A DNA stretch of 64,000 nucleotides from a virus. A model generated the notes under the pieces. It searched no databases. It had not been told where the DNA came from and was given only the letters and a program-made list of their open reading frames with translations. The translations under genes were made by a program, and so were the position numbers. The stretch spans positions 106,145-170,144 of the IMG/VR virus record IMGVR_UViG_3300049489_001303; one strand, given 5' to 3'. Below, in pieces: positions 1-10,301 of the stretch. Each line of letters opens with the position of its first letter. Position 1 is the first letter of the stretch.

Positions 1-810
1 GCCATCCAAGGTCAGGATATTGGGTACGGCGTTCTCAACAACGTAGTACCCCCGGTACTCCACATCATTGCCAGACACAACACTGGTGATCTCCAGCATA
101 TCGCCGACCTGACAACGGGCCATATCTGCAGTCAGATCCGTCAGGGTATAGTCCCCGGTAGGCCCCGCCACCTGAGCCATCAGGCCAGCGCTGCCCGACG
201 CTACTACGGTGGTTCCCCGCTGCCCCATGAAGCGCAGTGTGTCCCCGCGTCTGATGCCCTCGTTGTACCAGTCCCATGACGTAGGGAGATAGGCCATGCG
301 GCTGTCAGAAACCCGGTTACCCACTGTCTTCTGGATCTTTCTCCAGGCCACACCCCGTTGGGGCTCATAGTTGCCACCAACAGACAAGGAGCGGCGGAAA
401 GGATCCTCAACGAATCGGACGATACCATCATCCGGATTCATGAAGAACTCCACATTCTTGTCCATGACTATCTGCGGATCAAAGATGGTGTTCTGCAGTG
501 TGTTGACGTTCATCACCGCGCCGGGGGGATCATAGATGTAGCGGTCTTCTGACCCATCCTCGCCCTTGGCGTAGTTGATTTCAGTCTCGTCGATCAGCCA
601 TAGCTTCCACAACTCACGGTTGAACACCGGAGTGTCAACGACACCCGTAGCCAACACGTTGGACATCAGGTCCAGATACACCTGGCTGAGGTAGGTCTCG
701 GAGGCCTGATAGAAAGCCTCCAGGTCTTCTGTATCACGGAAAAAGCGTTGCCAGAAACCTGACAGGCTCTGAAACAGAACAGAAGAAGTGTCACCGGTAA
801 ACGTACCCAT
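1..810 (-). CDS. Probable baseplate wedge/structural protein, truncated at window edge
   Basis: ATG at 810 just after the baseplate-J-like gene. Manual translation (MGTFTGDTSSVLFQSLSGFWQRFFRDTEDLEAFYQ...) stays open where checked and appears to run off position 1. Function is inferred from position. Confidence 0.6.
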   Translation of the reverse strand, partial: MGTFTGDTSSVLFQSLSGFWQRFFRDTEDLEAFYQASETYLSQVYLDLMSNVLATGVVDTPVFNRELWKLWLIDETEINYAKGEDGSEDRYIYDPPGAVMNVNTLQNTIFDPQIVMDKNVEFFMNPDDGIVRFVEDPFRRSLSVGGNYEPQRGVAWRKIQKTVGNRVSDSRMAYLPTSWDWYNEGIRRGDTLRFMGQRGTTVVASGSAGLMAQVAGPTGDYTLTDLTADMARCQVGDMLEITSVVSGNDVEYRGYYVVENAVPNILTLDG

Positions 811-817
811 CTGGATT

Positions 818-2929
818 CTAATACCTCAGCACGAACGTAATAAGGTCTGCTCGTGTTTTGTAGGATGTCGTCCTGTCTGTGATACCCATCCAATTGTACC
901 ACGTATTCAACTCCGCGACAGTGTCAATGTTACCGCTGAGTATCTTGCCATTGGCCAGGAGCTCTGCGGGGGTTACGAGGTCCGAACCATTTGAAAGCGT
1001 GACGCCATTGCTCTGGTCCTCCACGGGGAAGATCGACACGATGTCCGTGCTTTCAAACATTGCCTGCTGCCCATCCGGGGCGTTCAGGGTGAAGCGTAAT
1101 GTGACGGGATACATCGTTGAAATCTGAGCATAAGTGCTGCGCAGGAACGTCGTGATGTCCGACGAATCCAGCATCAGGTTGTCATTGAAGGCGTTAATGT
1201 AGTCTGTCAGCCCGACAGCCGCGGTATCCGTATCGAGGGTGGTGCCCTCCTGCAGCTTGTAGTCAACCTGGAAGTTTATCCACACAGGATGGCGTGAGCG
1301 CACCAGATGATTAGCAACAGCTGTTCGGCGGCTGCGACTGACAACATAGCTATGAATGGGAGCAAAGCCCTGAAGACTCTCATAGGTCACCTGCAGTTTC
1401 TTACCGTCGAAGGCTGCAACCTGGGTTCCCAGATTGAGTAAATTGATTGCCGCCAGAGACTGTGCCTTCTCGGGATTGGTCACCTGAAGCTGATATTGGG
1501 TGTCCGAAGGAACTGTTGTGGTCGTGTTTACAGGCGTGCCATTGACCCTCGTGACAAACACAATTTTGCCTGTAATAGGATCCGCCATGGTGCTGCCAGC
1601 CGGCGCATCCAGCATCTCAACCCAGGTTACGTCCAGAATCGGACCCGTCAGTGCTACCTTACCGGGCTGATGCGTCAGATTGGATGTCCCATAAGGCACT
1701 TCCGGATAGTCTACATGCGCCGCGGCGATCCTGGTAACTGTCGGAGGGTCCCCGGGTGTGAAATTGATATTCTCATAATCGGGAGGCAAATAACCGATGG
1801 AATATGTAATAGTCTGGGTAGTATCTGACACCACCGGAAACGGGTTGCTATCGCTGACGGTCAACTCATGGGCTGACACACTGGTGATCAGGTACTCCTG
1901 GGGACTGTTAACCAATCCGGACTTTACCTTGAGAACATAGCCAACCTTCACGCCGAGGGTGACATAATCATAGCCAGTCTCATATGTCAGCCCCGGATCC
2001 CTGAAGGTATTGATAAGGCCATCAGCGCGTGGGAAGTAGCCCCCCACCGTGCACATTTCGGTGACGCTGGTACGGGGAAGGGTCACGTAGGTATCATAGC
2101 AACCACCCACATGCAGCAACATATGCGCCCCGAGCTCCTTGGGCACATCACGGACCATCTCTGGTTCACCCATACCCACCGTCATCGTCTCCTCGATAAG
2201 GGGGAACTCGTTCTGCAGAGTCACATCACAGGACCGATTATTCACCAAGTTCCGGACAGAAATGACCGTATCGGCCCTCTGTAGCAGCTGATCAGTGCTC
2301 TCGACATCGTTGCCACCTTCAGAAGAGACCACTGTCTCGGCATATATGAGGTCCGACAGGCCTATGGGGGCCACTACTCGCATAAAGCGGCCCGGCTCAG
2401 TCTTGTAGCTGGCCCCGGGGGCGCTTGCTCTCAGGGGAATGTCGGCGACATACTCAACCAGCTGCCCCTTCGTGTCATACACGGGAAACTGGGCGTCTTC
2501 AGAGATCGCGAAGTCCGTACCATCCGTGTTCAGCACGAACTTCTGAGCCGCTGTCTTAAAGAACTCGGAACGTACAGATATGGTACGGGGTATCCGGCGC
2601 TGCAGATGCACACGAGCACTAACCGTGACGTAGGTGCCGCCTTTACGTGTCACGAACCAGTTCGACAGGATCTCGTTGACGGACTGCTTGATGTCCTCCT
2701 CATCAGTGAGTTCTTCCTGAATACGCAACAGGGACTGGCGTGCAGATACGCGATCTACCTCTCCGCGGAGGAAAGCGTACATCGTGGCGAAGCCGGTAAC
2801 CATGAGGTCCCTGATGGCACTGCCGGCTTCATAGTTACCCTCAGGAACTTTCTCTTTCAGAAAGCCCACCAGGAAGGCTTCGGCGTCCCTCAGATCTGTT
2901 TGACTGATAGTTGTTTTGTAGCCGTCCAT
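818..2929 (-). CDS. Baseplate J-like wedge protein (T4 gp6/P2 gpJ family)
   Basis: 703 aa. N-terminal GSAIRDL and 'SEGGNDVESTDQLLQRA' motifs typical of baseplate J; adjacent to a gp25-like gene. Confidence 0.8.
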   Translation of the reverse strand: MDGYKTTISQTDLRDAEAFLVGFLKEKVPEGNYEAGSAIRDLMVTGFATMYAFLRGEVDRVSARQSLLRIQEELTDEEDIKQSVNEILSNWFVTRKGGTYVTVSARVHLQRRIPRTISVRSEFFKTAAQKFVLNTDGTDFAISEDAQFPVYDTKGQLVEYVADIPLRASAPGASYKTEPGRFMRVVAPIGLSDLIYAETVVSSEGGNDVESTDQLLQRADTVISVRNLVNNRSCDVTLQNEFPLIEETMTVGMGEPEMVRDVPKELGAHMLLHVGGCYDTYVTLPRTSVTEMCTVGGYFPRADGLINTFRDPGLTYETGYDYVTLGVKVGYVLKVKSGLVNSPQEYLITSVSAHELTVSDSNPFPVVSDTTQTITYSIGYLPPDYENINFTPGDPPTVTRIAAAHVDYPEVPYGTSNLTHQPGKVALTGPILDVTWVEMLDAPAGSTMADPITGKIVFVTRVNGTPVNTTTTVPSDTQYQLQVTNPEKAQSLAAINLLNLGTQVAAFDGKKLQVTYESLQGFAPIHSYVVSRSRRTAVANHLVRSRHPVWINFQVDYKLQEGTTLDTDTAAVGLTDYINAFNDNLMLDSSDITTFLRSTYAQISTMYPVTLRFTLNAPDGQQAMFESTDIVSIFPVEDQSNGVTLSNGSDLVTPAELLANGKILSGNIDTVAELNTWYNWMGITDRTTSYKTRADLITFVLRY

Positions 2930-2930
2930 T

Positions 2931-3380
2931 TTAGTATTTGGATACCCCTATAGTCGCTACCGCGGTCTCCGCAGACTCACCGGCTTTGTTTTTCAACCTG
3001 ATCCACACCTCAAACCCGGTGTCCTTGGGTTCATAACCGATAACCTCGGCACTCATCAACTGCTCCGTATCGTCAAAGCCACCATCAATATCCTGCCGAC
3101 GAACCTGCGCCGCGGCGTCTGCTACTGACATTTCCACCGTGTCTGACACAAGGGAATTCCCCCTGGAAATGTTGGAGCCTATCAACCCTCCGAAAACCGT
3201 ACCGTAATCTTTGTTGAGGATATCACTACCCACCGGAGTCATCAAGGTTTTAGCGAATCTATTGATAAGAGCTTGCAACCCTGTCATTTTCAGTGGGGCT
3301 GCGTAGGCAAACTCGAAACAGCGAAAGCCGTGCAGATCATCTGCCGAAACGCCCTGGAAATGTATGTCGTACCTTGGCAT
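2931..3380 (-). CDS. gp25/GPW-like baseplate wedge protein
   Basis: 149 aa. 'KTLMTPVGSDILNKDYGTVFGGLIG' resembles the gp25 T-x-x-GS...YG motif; directly upstream of the J-like gene. Confidence 0.75.
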   Translation of the reverse strand: MPRYDIHFQGVSADDLHGFRCFEFAYAAPLKMTGLQALINRFAKTLMTPVGSDILNKDYGTVFGGLIGSNISRGNSLVSDTVEMSVADAAAQVRRQDIDGGFDDTEQLMSAEVIGYEPKDTGFEVWIRLKNKAGESAETAVATIGVSKY

Positions 3381-3387
3381 CTTCGCT

Positions 3388-4641
3388 CTACACCACTACT
3401 ACCCCCACAGAGGTGTTCTCTGTGGTTGATGGCAAGCCCGTCGGCTCTGCGTTAAGCGCTGCTCTTTTAGTCTGAGACCGCGCCGCTTTCTCTTCATAAA
3501 CGATCGCACGTTTCTGTGCGCTGTTTGCCGCCGCCGTGTTGTAAGCCGACTTGTCCCTGTTCAATAGTTTCTCAGCACGCTTACGTGCCATCATGTCGAT
3601 CTGTATCTGCTCAGTGACCTTGCCACCATACGAATCCTCGGGATCCTTACCAAGGAGCGTGGTGTTGGGGAGGGCCCCGACTCTGTAAGCAGGGATAGAC
3701 TCAAAGACCATCTCAGCTGTGACGTTTGTATAGCTGTCTACCTGCACAAACAGGTCTGCCCAGGCTTTCTCAGTATTGAAGGTGTGCTCCGTGCCTATGA
3801 GGTTACCCCCGGACAGGGCCCCGGCGTCCACATACCCGGAAATGGCGTTACGTGCAGACCCGGGAGACAGACAGAGGTTGCGAGCCTTCAATGCCGGATA
3901 CACCAGCTCCAGCTTCCGAAGAAGGATCGCCAGTGTGCGCAGTTGCTGCTCGCTGTAGTCAGCGTAGACCACATTTTCAAAAGAGTTCCCCCAGATAGCT
4001 TTATTGCCCGAGCTGCGCGGGTTATTGCGCACAAACAGGGCCTCCTCGAGAAGGATAGAAAGGCAGGTCTCCTGTACCTCAGCACAGTTCTTGAACGCGA
4101 TGTTACAGTCTCCCACAACATACAGATCCCCCAGCCGACTCACAAGGAAGTGCGCTGGTTGGGTGGCTGCCCTGCCCGCGTGCTTCTGAGATTCAGAGGC
4201 TATCCGGTAGCCATGAAACAGCGTGATCGGATCAGAGCCACGGGCAATATAAACGGTGTCAGCTTTGTACTCAACGGCAATAGCACCCTGCCCCGCGGAA
4301 GTGGAGTTAAGCCACCCCGTCCCCTTGGTATCGGCGTGCCACCCCTGCCCGAAAGACCCGAGAACAACGAAGGAGATCTCCCGGGAAGTGCTGTACGGTA
4401 TGTACATTGTGCTGCTGATTTCAGCCTGTATCAGCTTACAACTGGGTGGAAAACCCTCTGCAGAAATAACACTTCGCGGTGTCCCGCTGTATTTGCTGAG
4501 CGGCCCGGAGGACACGACGCTGTTATTCACGTACGCCGCGGCGTTGTCATAATGCTGCCGAGCCACCGCGTTCAGATAGACAGAATAGTCATCTGTCTTA
4601 TCCCGGGTGTAGGAGCTGCTCTGGCTGCGGGTATCCACCAT
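3388..4641 (-). CDS. Virion-associated protein with degenerate N-acetylmuramoyl-L-alanine amidase (Amidase_2)-like domain
   Basis: AHFLVSRLGDLYVV, CLSILLE and YSEQQLRTLAILLRKL follow the Amidase_2 motif order, but the Zn-ligand His residues appear absent. Confidence 0.55.
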   Translation of the reverse strand: MVDTRSQSSSYTRDKTDDYSVYLNAVARQHYDNAAAYVNNSVVSSGPLSKYSGTPRSVISAEGFPPSCKLIQAEISSTMYIPYSTSREISFVVLGSFGQGWHADTKGTGWLNSTSAGQGAIAVEYKADTVYIARGSDPITLFHGYRIASESQKHAGRAATQPAHFLVSRLGDLYVVGDCNIAFKNCAEVQETCLSILLEEALFVRNNPRSSGNKAIWGNSFENVVYADYSEQQLRTLAILLRKLELVYPALKARNLCLSPGSARNAISGYVDAGALSGGNLIGTEHTFNTEKAWADLFVQVDSYTNVTAEMVFESIPAYRVGALPNTTLLGKDPEDSYGGKVTEQIQIDMMARKRAEKLLNRDKSAYNTAAANSAQKRAIVYEEKAARSQTKRAALNAEPTGLPSTTENTSVGVVVV

Positions 4642-5369
4642 TAAAAGGTCCTCTTATGGGCTTCCAGGAGCCCATCCACCAGCTTGCGCCGCTTATAGCT
4701 GAGTTGCCCCTGAGTAAGCTTGTACTTGGCACATAGCTGCGCATTGTTCAGCTCTTTGGCGCCATCATAGCCCGTGATGTCCTTGAACATCTTTTTATCC
4801 TCGGCATCCAGTCCGTGGAAGAACATATCCATGACTGAGGCCCCGCCACTGCTGGGCATCTGTGCAGACTGGAAATCCATGGTGGCGCCGGCAGATTCAA
4901 CCAGTTCTCGGACGCCATAGGCCTTGCCGAACTCGATAACTTTTTTGTGCGACCATTTGAGGTGGTCGGCCATCTCCTCAGACGTAGGATCCCTGCCCAG
5001 ATCATCCACCAGCTGGTTCTGCGCCACGCTGTATGTATTGTAAAGAAGCTGCTTATTCTCAGGCAAACGTGCTACGTTCTGGTAGGGGTACACAGACCGC
5101 GACAGTTTTCTTAACCGTGAGGTAACATGCGTGCCGATGGACGCTCCGCGGTTGGGATCGTAGGTCTTGAGGGCTTCAGCCGTAAGCAGGCGAGCTTTGG
5201 CTTCCAGCGCTGGCCCGGGGACCGACGACTGCCACTTGCTGACCTCACGATAAATCAACGGCTGCAGGCGCGTCAGAAGAGCCTCGAGCTTATCAGCCCT
5301 TCCGGTCTGCTTCCACTCACGCCAGAGCGTAAGATCCTGGTCTTGTCGTGCACTAATGTCCATGATCAC
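4641..5369 (-). CDS. Phage sigma-70-family RNA polymerase sigma factor (FliA/WhiG-like)
   Basis: Region 2-like 'ALKTYDPNRGASIGTHV', region 3-like 'LGRDPTSEEMADHLKWS', and a C-terminal HTH-like segment. Confidence 0.85.
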   Translation of the reverse strand: MIMDISARQDQDLTLWREWKQTGRADKLEALLTRLQPLIYREVSKWQSSVPGPALEAKARLLTAEALKTYDPNRGASIGTHVTSRLRKLSRSVYPYQNVARLPENKQLLYNTYSVAQNQLVDDLGRDPTSEEMADHLKWSHKKVIEFGKAYGVRELVESAGATMDFQSAQMPSSGGASVMDMFFHGLDAEDKKMFKDITGYDGAKELNNAQLCAKYKLTQGQLSYKRRKLVDGLLEAHKRTF

Positions 5370-8300
5370 CCTTGGGGGTATTTGTATCCAGCTACACTCA
5401 GAACAATTTTACGATATTGCTCAAGCCTGTCGTCCCAATTATCACGTGTCTGAGCCATACCCGTCTCCGGGCCGGCCTTTTTAAACTCTTTAACCGGGGG
5501 GTATTCCTCCGCGGGACCCACGTTAGAGTAGGCTGGGTCGGGAGTATTACCCGGACCTTGCAACAATTTGTAGATTCGTGACCAGTAAACGGCCCCCTGG
5601 CTCCCCTTCGAGTCACCCGCCTCGCTGTAGAATCGCATCTCTTTAGCTCCCCGGACACTCTCAGCTTTGGCGGCGTCACCACCATGCCAGATACTGATAT
5701 AGTCCTGCAGGCTGCACGCCGGCCGCGCCGCAAAGCGCATGGCCATTTCATAGTTCTCATACAACGGCGCCAGCTTCGCAGTGGCCTTCAAGAAGCTGTT
5801 ATTTGTCAACTTCGACAGGTCACCCGTGAGTTCTATATCCTTCCCGGAATCATCCGACGCGATGAGAAGCTCTCTCCAGTTGAACACCGCCGGCTTCGTG
5901 GAATTGGCGTCGCCGTACAGGAATTTGGCATAGTTGGTTTGAGCGGCTGTCAGGTACTGGAAAGCCAGCGTAATATCCGGGATAACCTCTATGGGGTACA
6001 TATCAGCTTTTTTAATAGGTATCCTGACCTGATACTCCTGGGGCTCCGACGTAGGAGTATTGCTCACCCCCGTGAAGTCCGCATCGTTATCCCCGCTGTC
6101 CTCGATCACTTGCCTGACGGCCGCTGTCTCAGGGTCTCCTCCAGTGCCCGTCGAAACACTGGTGGGCTTAAGACCCGCCTCAGCTTGCTTCTTCCACATC
6201 TCAAGGTTGTCCGTATCATTCATAGCTTCTGTGTGGGCAACATTCGGGGGATCCAGATGCACCCACCGCTGAGTCCTGGCACTCATCTTACCGTTATTCG
6301 CTCCTCGGATATCCACATGTGTGCTGCCGCCACCGTAGGGGTAGTATCCTACGCCATGGCCTGTCGGGAAAGCATCCAGACAAAACAGCCAGAGCTCCTC
6401 CTGAGAAACACCCTCCACCTTAAAGTCGAGAGCTATAGCTCCTGAATGAAGCCCGCCCTTAGGGGCTCCATTCTCGTAGTAACCCTTGGTATTCTCTGTC
6501 GCTGCAAACCTATAGCCCGACACAATGTTTATAGCTTTACCGGGAAACCCCTGTGCCACGGTCTCAATGATGTTGATCGTTGCGGGGTTCATGGGTAATG
6601 CCCCCGGACGATCTGCTCTACAAAGGGTATTCCAGGTATCTTTCTGCTCCTGCGTCCAAGAGGCCCAATCGTTACCTGGCCACTCCAGCTTCTTACCTTT
6701 GCCCCTGATGATAGTCTTCTTGCCGGGCTTAGGAGCCTTGGTGGCAGCTTTTGCAGCCTCCCCCTGTTTCCCTGCAGTTTTTGTGGGGGGTATAGTCATC
6801 GTGATTAAACGCCCACCACCCCCGCCTTGAGCACTATCTGCCTGCACCTGCGCTGTTGTAGCGCCGGTAACCCCTGCAAACTCCTCCAGGCTTCTGGAGA
6901 AGGAGAAGGAGACCGTTGTCGTCATGCTACCCTGGGCGTTCAGGTTGTGGGACACCCCGGTGATGTACATGAAGATGTCCATCCCGGATTCATCTTTGTC
7001 GAAGATTACACCGGGGAACCCCGGTAGGACGTAGGGGTTAAAAGCCATATTTACGGTGCCGCTGCGCTCGCAGTAACGTCTGCGGTAGTACTCGTACTGA
7101 GCGTAATCCTCGAAGATCTGACTGAGGGGTCCATCAGATGTCTGAGGGCTCTCGACGTTACCAGTGCTCTTCAGATCCTGGGCAAGCACGAACATCCACT
7201 CCGGGGCACTGGCCTGAGCCGACGTAGGACCTATGAAAAACTCCTCGGGGAACAGAAGCATATTCTTGGAACTCTCGACACCACCTGTCAATAGCTGCTT
7301 CATGCGTTTACGCACAGGCACAGGATAACCAGTAACCAGAACTGCACTGATGAGCGCCGCACTGGATGCTGCTTCATCTGATTCCCCGAAGAGTATCGTT
7401 TTGGTTACAGAGTTCTCATTGAGATACAACCTTGTGGGCTGCCCGTTGTAATTCTCCGAGTAGCCCCAGTCTGTTATCTGGGAAGGGAAAAACACGTTGC
7501 ATACCGGAGGAAGCGCGAAATAAAGAGAGGGCTTCACATAGTGCGACGCAATCGTGGTGTTGGCATCCGCTTTGGCCCCCACCAGGCCATCGGCCATGTG
7601 TGTATCTTTGTTGAGCTGCACCGCGGGAGGCGCCGGCACCGCCAACACCTCCATATACATGTATCCCAGCACAGCCTGCAGCAGATCCCATGCGGACCCC
7701 GAGTTACCAACGCTCTCACCAACACGGGTCTGCAATACCTCCAGGATCTTCATCTCCTGTGCTGCTTTTATGAGAGGGAAGCACCCACCATTATCATAGT
7801 TACTGGGGCTATCATCGATCCCCGGGAAGCCGGCCCAACGCTTATAGAAGCCGGTCATCAAAAGCCACCTACCAAAGAAGTTGCGCCCGGGAACCGATGC
7901 CGCGGTCTTGGGGAGCTTTACCTCAAAATTGGAGATGCTGTTATTATCCCCTGCCACAACTTCAGGAACATCCGTGTTACTGGTACTGATCTCGGACAGT
8001 AGCGCTCTGAACACATTCAACACAAACTCGATGGGCCGCTTGATGGGGTTACCCACAGAATTGCCATCGGGCTTTGTCAGCCCTTCATAAAACAGGCTGG
8101 CCGGATATAGTACTTTCGGCTCTGTAAAGTATGACGCATCGGAATTGCCCACAGCACTAAGAGCCTGAACCATGTCATCTACTGACGATATGTAGAAGAA
8201 CTGCAGCTGTCTGAAAATAGCCGCCTGTCCCAGGCAGTTCAGCTGCATCGATCGGCCACGGGGGTTGTTCTGATATGAAATACCCACAATCTCATATTCG

Positions 8301-8542
8301 CCCATAAGGCGCAGGGTGGGTTGTTCATCCCAGTGATAGTCCAGATAAAAAACAACCACTTGGATGCGATCTTCAGCCCCCAGGCGACGCAATAACCTGT
8401 GTGGTGTGACTGTCAACGTTGCCGTGGGAACTTGCCAGACGCCGAAGGACGTGGACACGTTCTCAACGGGGATCTCCAGGCCATTGATATAAACCAGCCA
8501 GGCGCCCAAATGAAAGTCGCTGCTGCTGTAGTTAGTTGCCAT
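5366..8542 (-). CDS. Baseplate hub-like protein with inserted peptidase M15 (LAS, YcbK/DUF882-like) domain
   Basis: About 1058 aa from MATNYS with GGAG RBS. Hub-like 'FNPYVLPGFPGVI..MYITGVSHNL'. The insert carries SGYR, LHSGAIALD and GVGYY..HVDIR. Confidence 0.7.
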   Translation of the reverse strand: MATNYSSSDFHLGAWLVYINGLEIPVENVSTSFGVWQVPTATLTVTPHRLLRRLGAEDRIQVVVFYLDYHWDEQPTLRLMGEYEIVGISYQNNPRGRSMQLNCLGQAAIFRQLQFFYISSVDDMVQALSAVGNSDASYFTEPKVLYPASLFYEGLTKPDGNSVGNPIKRPIEFVLNVFRALLSEISTSNTDVPEVVAGDNNSISNFEVKLPKTAASVPGRNFFGRWLLMTGFYKRWAGFPGIDDSPSNYDNGGCFPLIKAAQEMKILEVLQTRVGESVGNSGSAWDLLQAVLGYMYMEVLAVPAPPAVQLNKDTHMADGLVGAKADANTTIASHYVKPSLYFALPPVCNVFFPSQITDWGYSENYNGQPTRLYLNENSVTKTILFGESDEAASSAALISAVLVTGYPVPVRKRMKQLLTGGVESSKNMLLFPEEFFIGPTSAQASAPEWMFVLAQDLKSTGNVESPQTSDGPLSQIFEDYAQYEYYRRRYCERSGTVNMAFNPYVLPGFPGVIFDKDESGMDIFMYITGVSHNLNAQGSMTTTVSFSFSRSLEEFAGVTGATTAQVQADSAQGGGGGRLITMTIPPTKTAGKQGEAAKAATKAPKPGKKTIIRGKGKKLEWPGNDWASWTQEQKDTWNTLCRADRPGALPMNPATINIIETVAQGFPGKAINIVSGYRFAATENTKGYYENGAPKGGLHSGAIALDFKVEGVSQEELWLFCLDAFPTGHGVGYYPYGGGSTHVDIRGANNGKMSARTQRWVHLDPPNVAHTEAMNDTDNLEMWKKQAEAGLKPTSVSTGTGGDPETAAVRQVIEDSGDNDADFTGVSNTPTSEPQEYQVRIPIKKADMYPIEVIPDITLAFQYLTAAQTNYAKFLYGDANSTKPAVFNWRELLIASDDSGKDIELTGDLSKLTNNSFLKATAKLAPLYENYEMAMRFAARPACSLQDYISIWHGGDAAKAESVRGAKEMRFYSEAGDSKGSQGAVYWSRIYKLLQGPGNTPDPAYSNVGPAEEYPPVKEFKKAGPETGMAQTRDNWDDRLEQYRKIVLSVAGYKYPQG

Positions 8543-9032
8543 TGTTGTCCATCTCCATGTACGCTGCCAGAAGCACAACCGCCGACATGCCTGCTACACG
8601 GAGAACTGGACTGTTAGACTCGAGAGCAGCCAGGAGCAGAGTTACCTGAGAGGTCGGCAGATTGTATCCGGCGAAGGCTCTCGCTGCATTCTGGAAAAAG
8701 GGCATATCCGAAAGGAGGTCATCCGCGATCGCCTTGCTGTTCCGCTTCTCACATATTGGAACCTGTAAGGCTTTACGGCGGGGCAGTAATCGGAGAAATA
8801 TGGGTGAAATATTGGAGTCGAGCACTCTCAGAATGGTCTCACGGGTACTTACCGCCGGGGTTGTGGTATTCACCACCGTCTTCAGGAACTTAACCCGGAG
8901 AGCCTCAAAAGCTTCCATATACTGGAAGCTCCTCGACATCACCACCTCAACGTCGATCATGGGACCGCGGTGGCACCCCCTGAAGGTTGTCGAGGTTCTG
9001 TCCCCGGTGTTGAATCTCCAAGTAAACGCCAT
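8532..9032 (-). CDS. Hypothetical protein in tail module
   Basis: ORF packed between neighbours; GGAG upstream of ATG 9032. Confidence 0.55.
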   Translation of the reverse strand: MAFTWRFNTGDRTSTTFRGCHRGPMIDVEVVMSRSFQYMEAFEALRVKFLKTVVNTTTPAVSTRETILRVLDSNISPIFLRLLPRRKALQVPICEKRNSKAIADDLLSDMPFFQNAARAFAGYNLPTSQVTLLLAALESNSPVLRVAGMSAVVLLAAYMEMDNNGN

Positions 9033-9034
9033 GG

Positions 9035-9439
9035 CTACGGCCACTCCACTACGGCTGTTTTGGTTGCTTCGTTTCCGAACTCATCGAGCTGTGACACCCC
9101 GACAACGATCGTGCTGTTGCGGCGCCAGGCCTGGCTCTTACGTATCTTTATCCACATGCGCTGACCGTCATAGGGCCGAACAACGATGCTGTAGGGGGAA
9201 TCATGTGCTGGGAGGTACGTAGCACCCGCATCCTCGCTGATGGTTGTGCTATTTGCCAAGTCATCGGGGGAAAGTGTGCTGCTATAGCAGTAAATGTAGA
9301 ACTCAATCCAGCTATCCAACAGCACATTGATAGCACCGTCCACAGGCGATGACAACTGGAAACGCGGCTCTATATTGCTGGAAGGTGCACCATTCTGGTG
9401 ACGCCCCCAGGCCAGATTACCAAAGCCGCCCGTTGTCAT
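9035..9439 (-). CDS. Small beta-rich (Ig-like) structural protein
   Basis: 134 aa, GGAGG RBS; 'SSPVDGAINVLLDSWIEF' resembles a bacterial Ig-like domain start. Confidence 0.5.
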   Translation of the reverse strand: MTTGGFGNLAWGRHQNGAPSSNIEPRFQLSSPVDGAINVLLDSWIEFYIYCYSSTLSPDDLANSTTISEDAGATYLPAHDSPYSIVVRPYDGQRMWIKIRKSQAWRRNSTIVVGVSQLDEFGNEATKTAVVEWP

Positions 9440-9457
9440 GTAGAAACCTCCAGAGCC

Positions 9458-9955
9458 TCAACAGAGTTTACACTCCAATAATACTACAATTTCCTTCGCG
9501 TTGAGGATACCATCGCACCAATCAGGCTCGATGGGGGTAAGTTCGGCTTCGATTTCTTGCTCCATCGCCTCTGGGAGGGTACGCATCCGCTCATTCTCAG
9601 CACTGATAGCCTCTGCATATTCCGTGATGAGAGGCTGAAGGTCCGCAGTATAGGCTTCGGTGTCGGCCAGGTCATAGCGGAGCGCCTGCCCTTGAGGGGT
9701 ATTAATAACCTCTGTGATGGCTTGCCCCCTGTCATCGCGCTTGGCATGCTTCTCAAGGAGCTCAGCCTGCTTCTTACCGTATTCCACATAAGCAGATACA
9801 CTGGTGTTTACTTTGTCAACAGCCTCGGCGAGGGGCTTGAGGGCGATCAGATTGCGGGCTACCTTGAACGCCGAACCAGCCGCGGGAACATCCCCGAGCT
9901 TCTGCATGACCTGAACCAAAGCCTTGACCTGTGAGTATTTGATATTGATTTTCAT
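9458..9955 (-). CDS. Helical hypothetical protein (possible fibre-associated/chaperone)
   Basis: MKINIKY start with AGGAG RBS; helical, acidic. Confidence 0.5.
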   Translation of the reverse strand: MKINIKYSQVKALVQVMQKLGDVPAAGSAFKVARNLIALKPLAEAVDKVNTSVSAYVEYGKKQAELLEKHAKRDDRGQAITEVINTPQGQALRYDLADTEAYTADLQPLITEYAEAISAENERMRTLPEAMEQEIEAELTPIEPDWCDGILNAKEIVVLLECKLC

Positions 9956-10013
9956 TGAAATCTCCTGTTGTTGGTGGGAGGAATGTAACACGAGGCAGGA
10001 GCGTAATCAAGAC

Positions 10014-10292
10014 TTAAGCGTGGAAATCAACCCGAATCTTTCCGGGGAACGTCTGAGCCCACACATAGATGTTCACGGGGGTGGGGTAATCGACGTTGTG
10101 TGTCGGGTAGTCCCAGACAATACCGGTCTCTACGCCGGTCTCCGGCGGATCGCTTTCGGGAGTCCGATACGTCCAGTAATACTGCGGAGCATTTGTGACG
10201 CGGGGGCGGAGGTGGAGTTGCCCTTGCTTGATGCCTTCTGCGACGCGCACCCACTGCTCTTGAGGGATTTCTACAATTTCAGGGTTCTTCAT
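10014..10292 (-). CDS. Small virion-type protein, paralogue of 10302-10733
   Basis: MKNPEIVEIPQEQWVRVAEGIKQGQLH aligns with MANPVYVTCPKDTWTKVAAGVKSGTLH; C-termini also align. Confidence 0.65.
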   Translation of the reverse strand: MKNPEIVEIPQEQWVRVAEGIKQGQLHLRPRVTNAPQYYWTYRTPESDPPETGVETGIVWDYPTHNVDYPTPVNIYVWAQTFPGKIRVDFHA

Positions 10293-10301
10293 TTTGATTC
10301 C

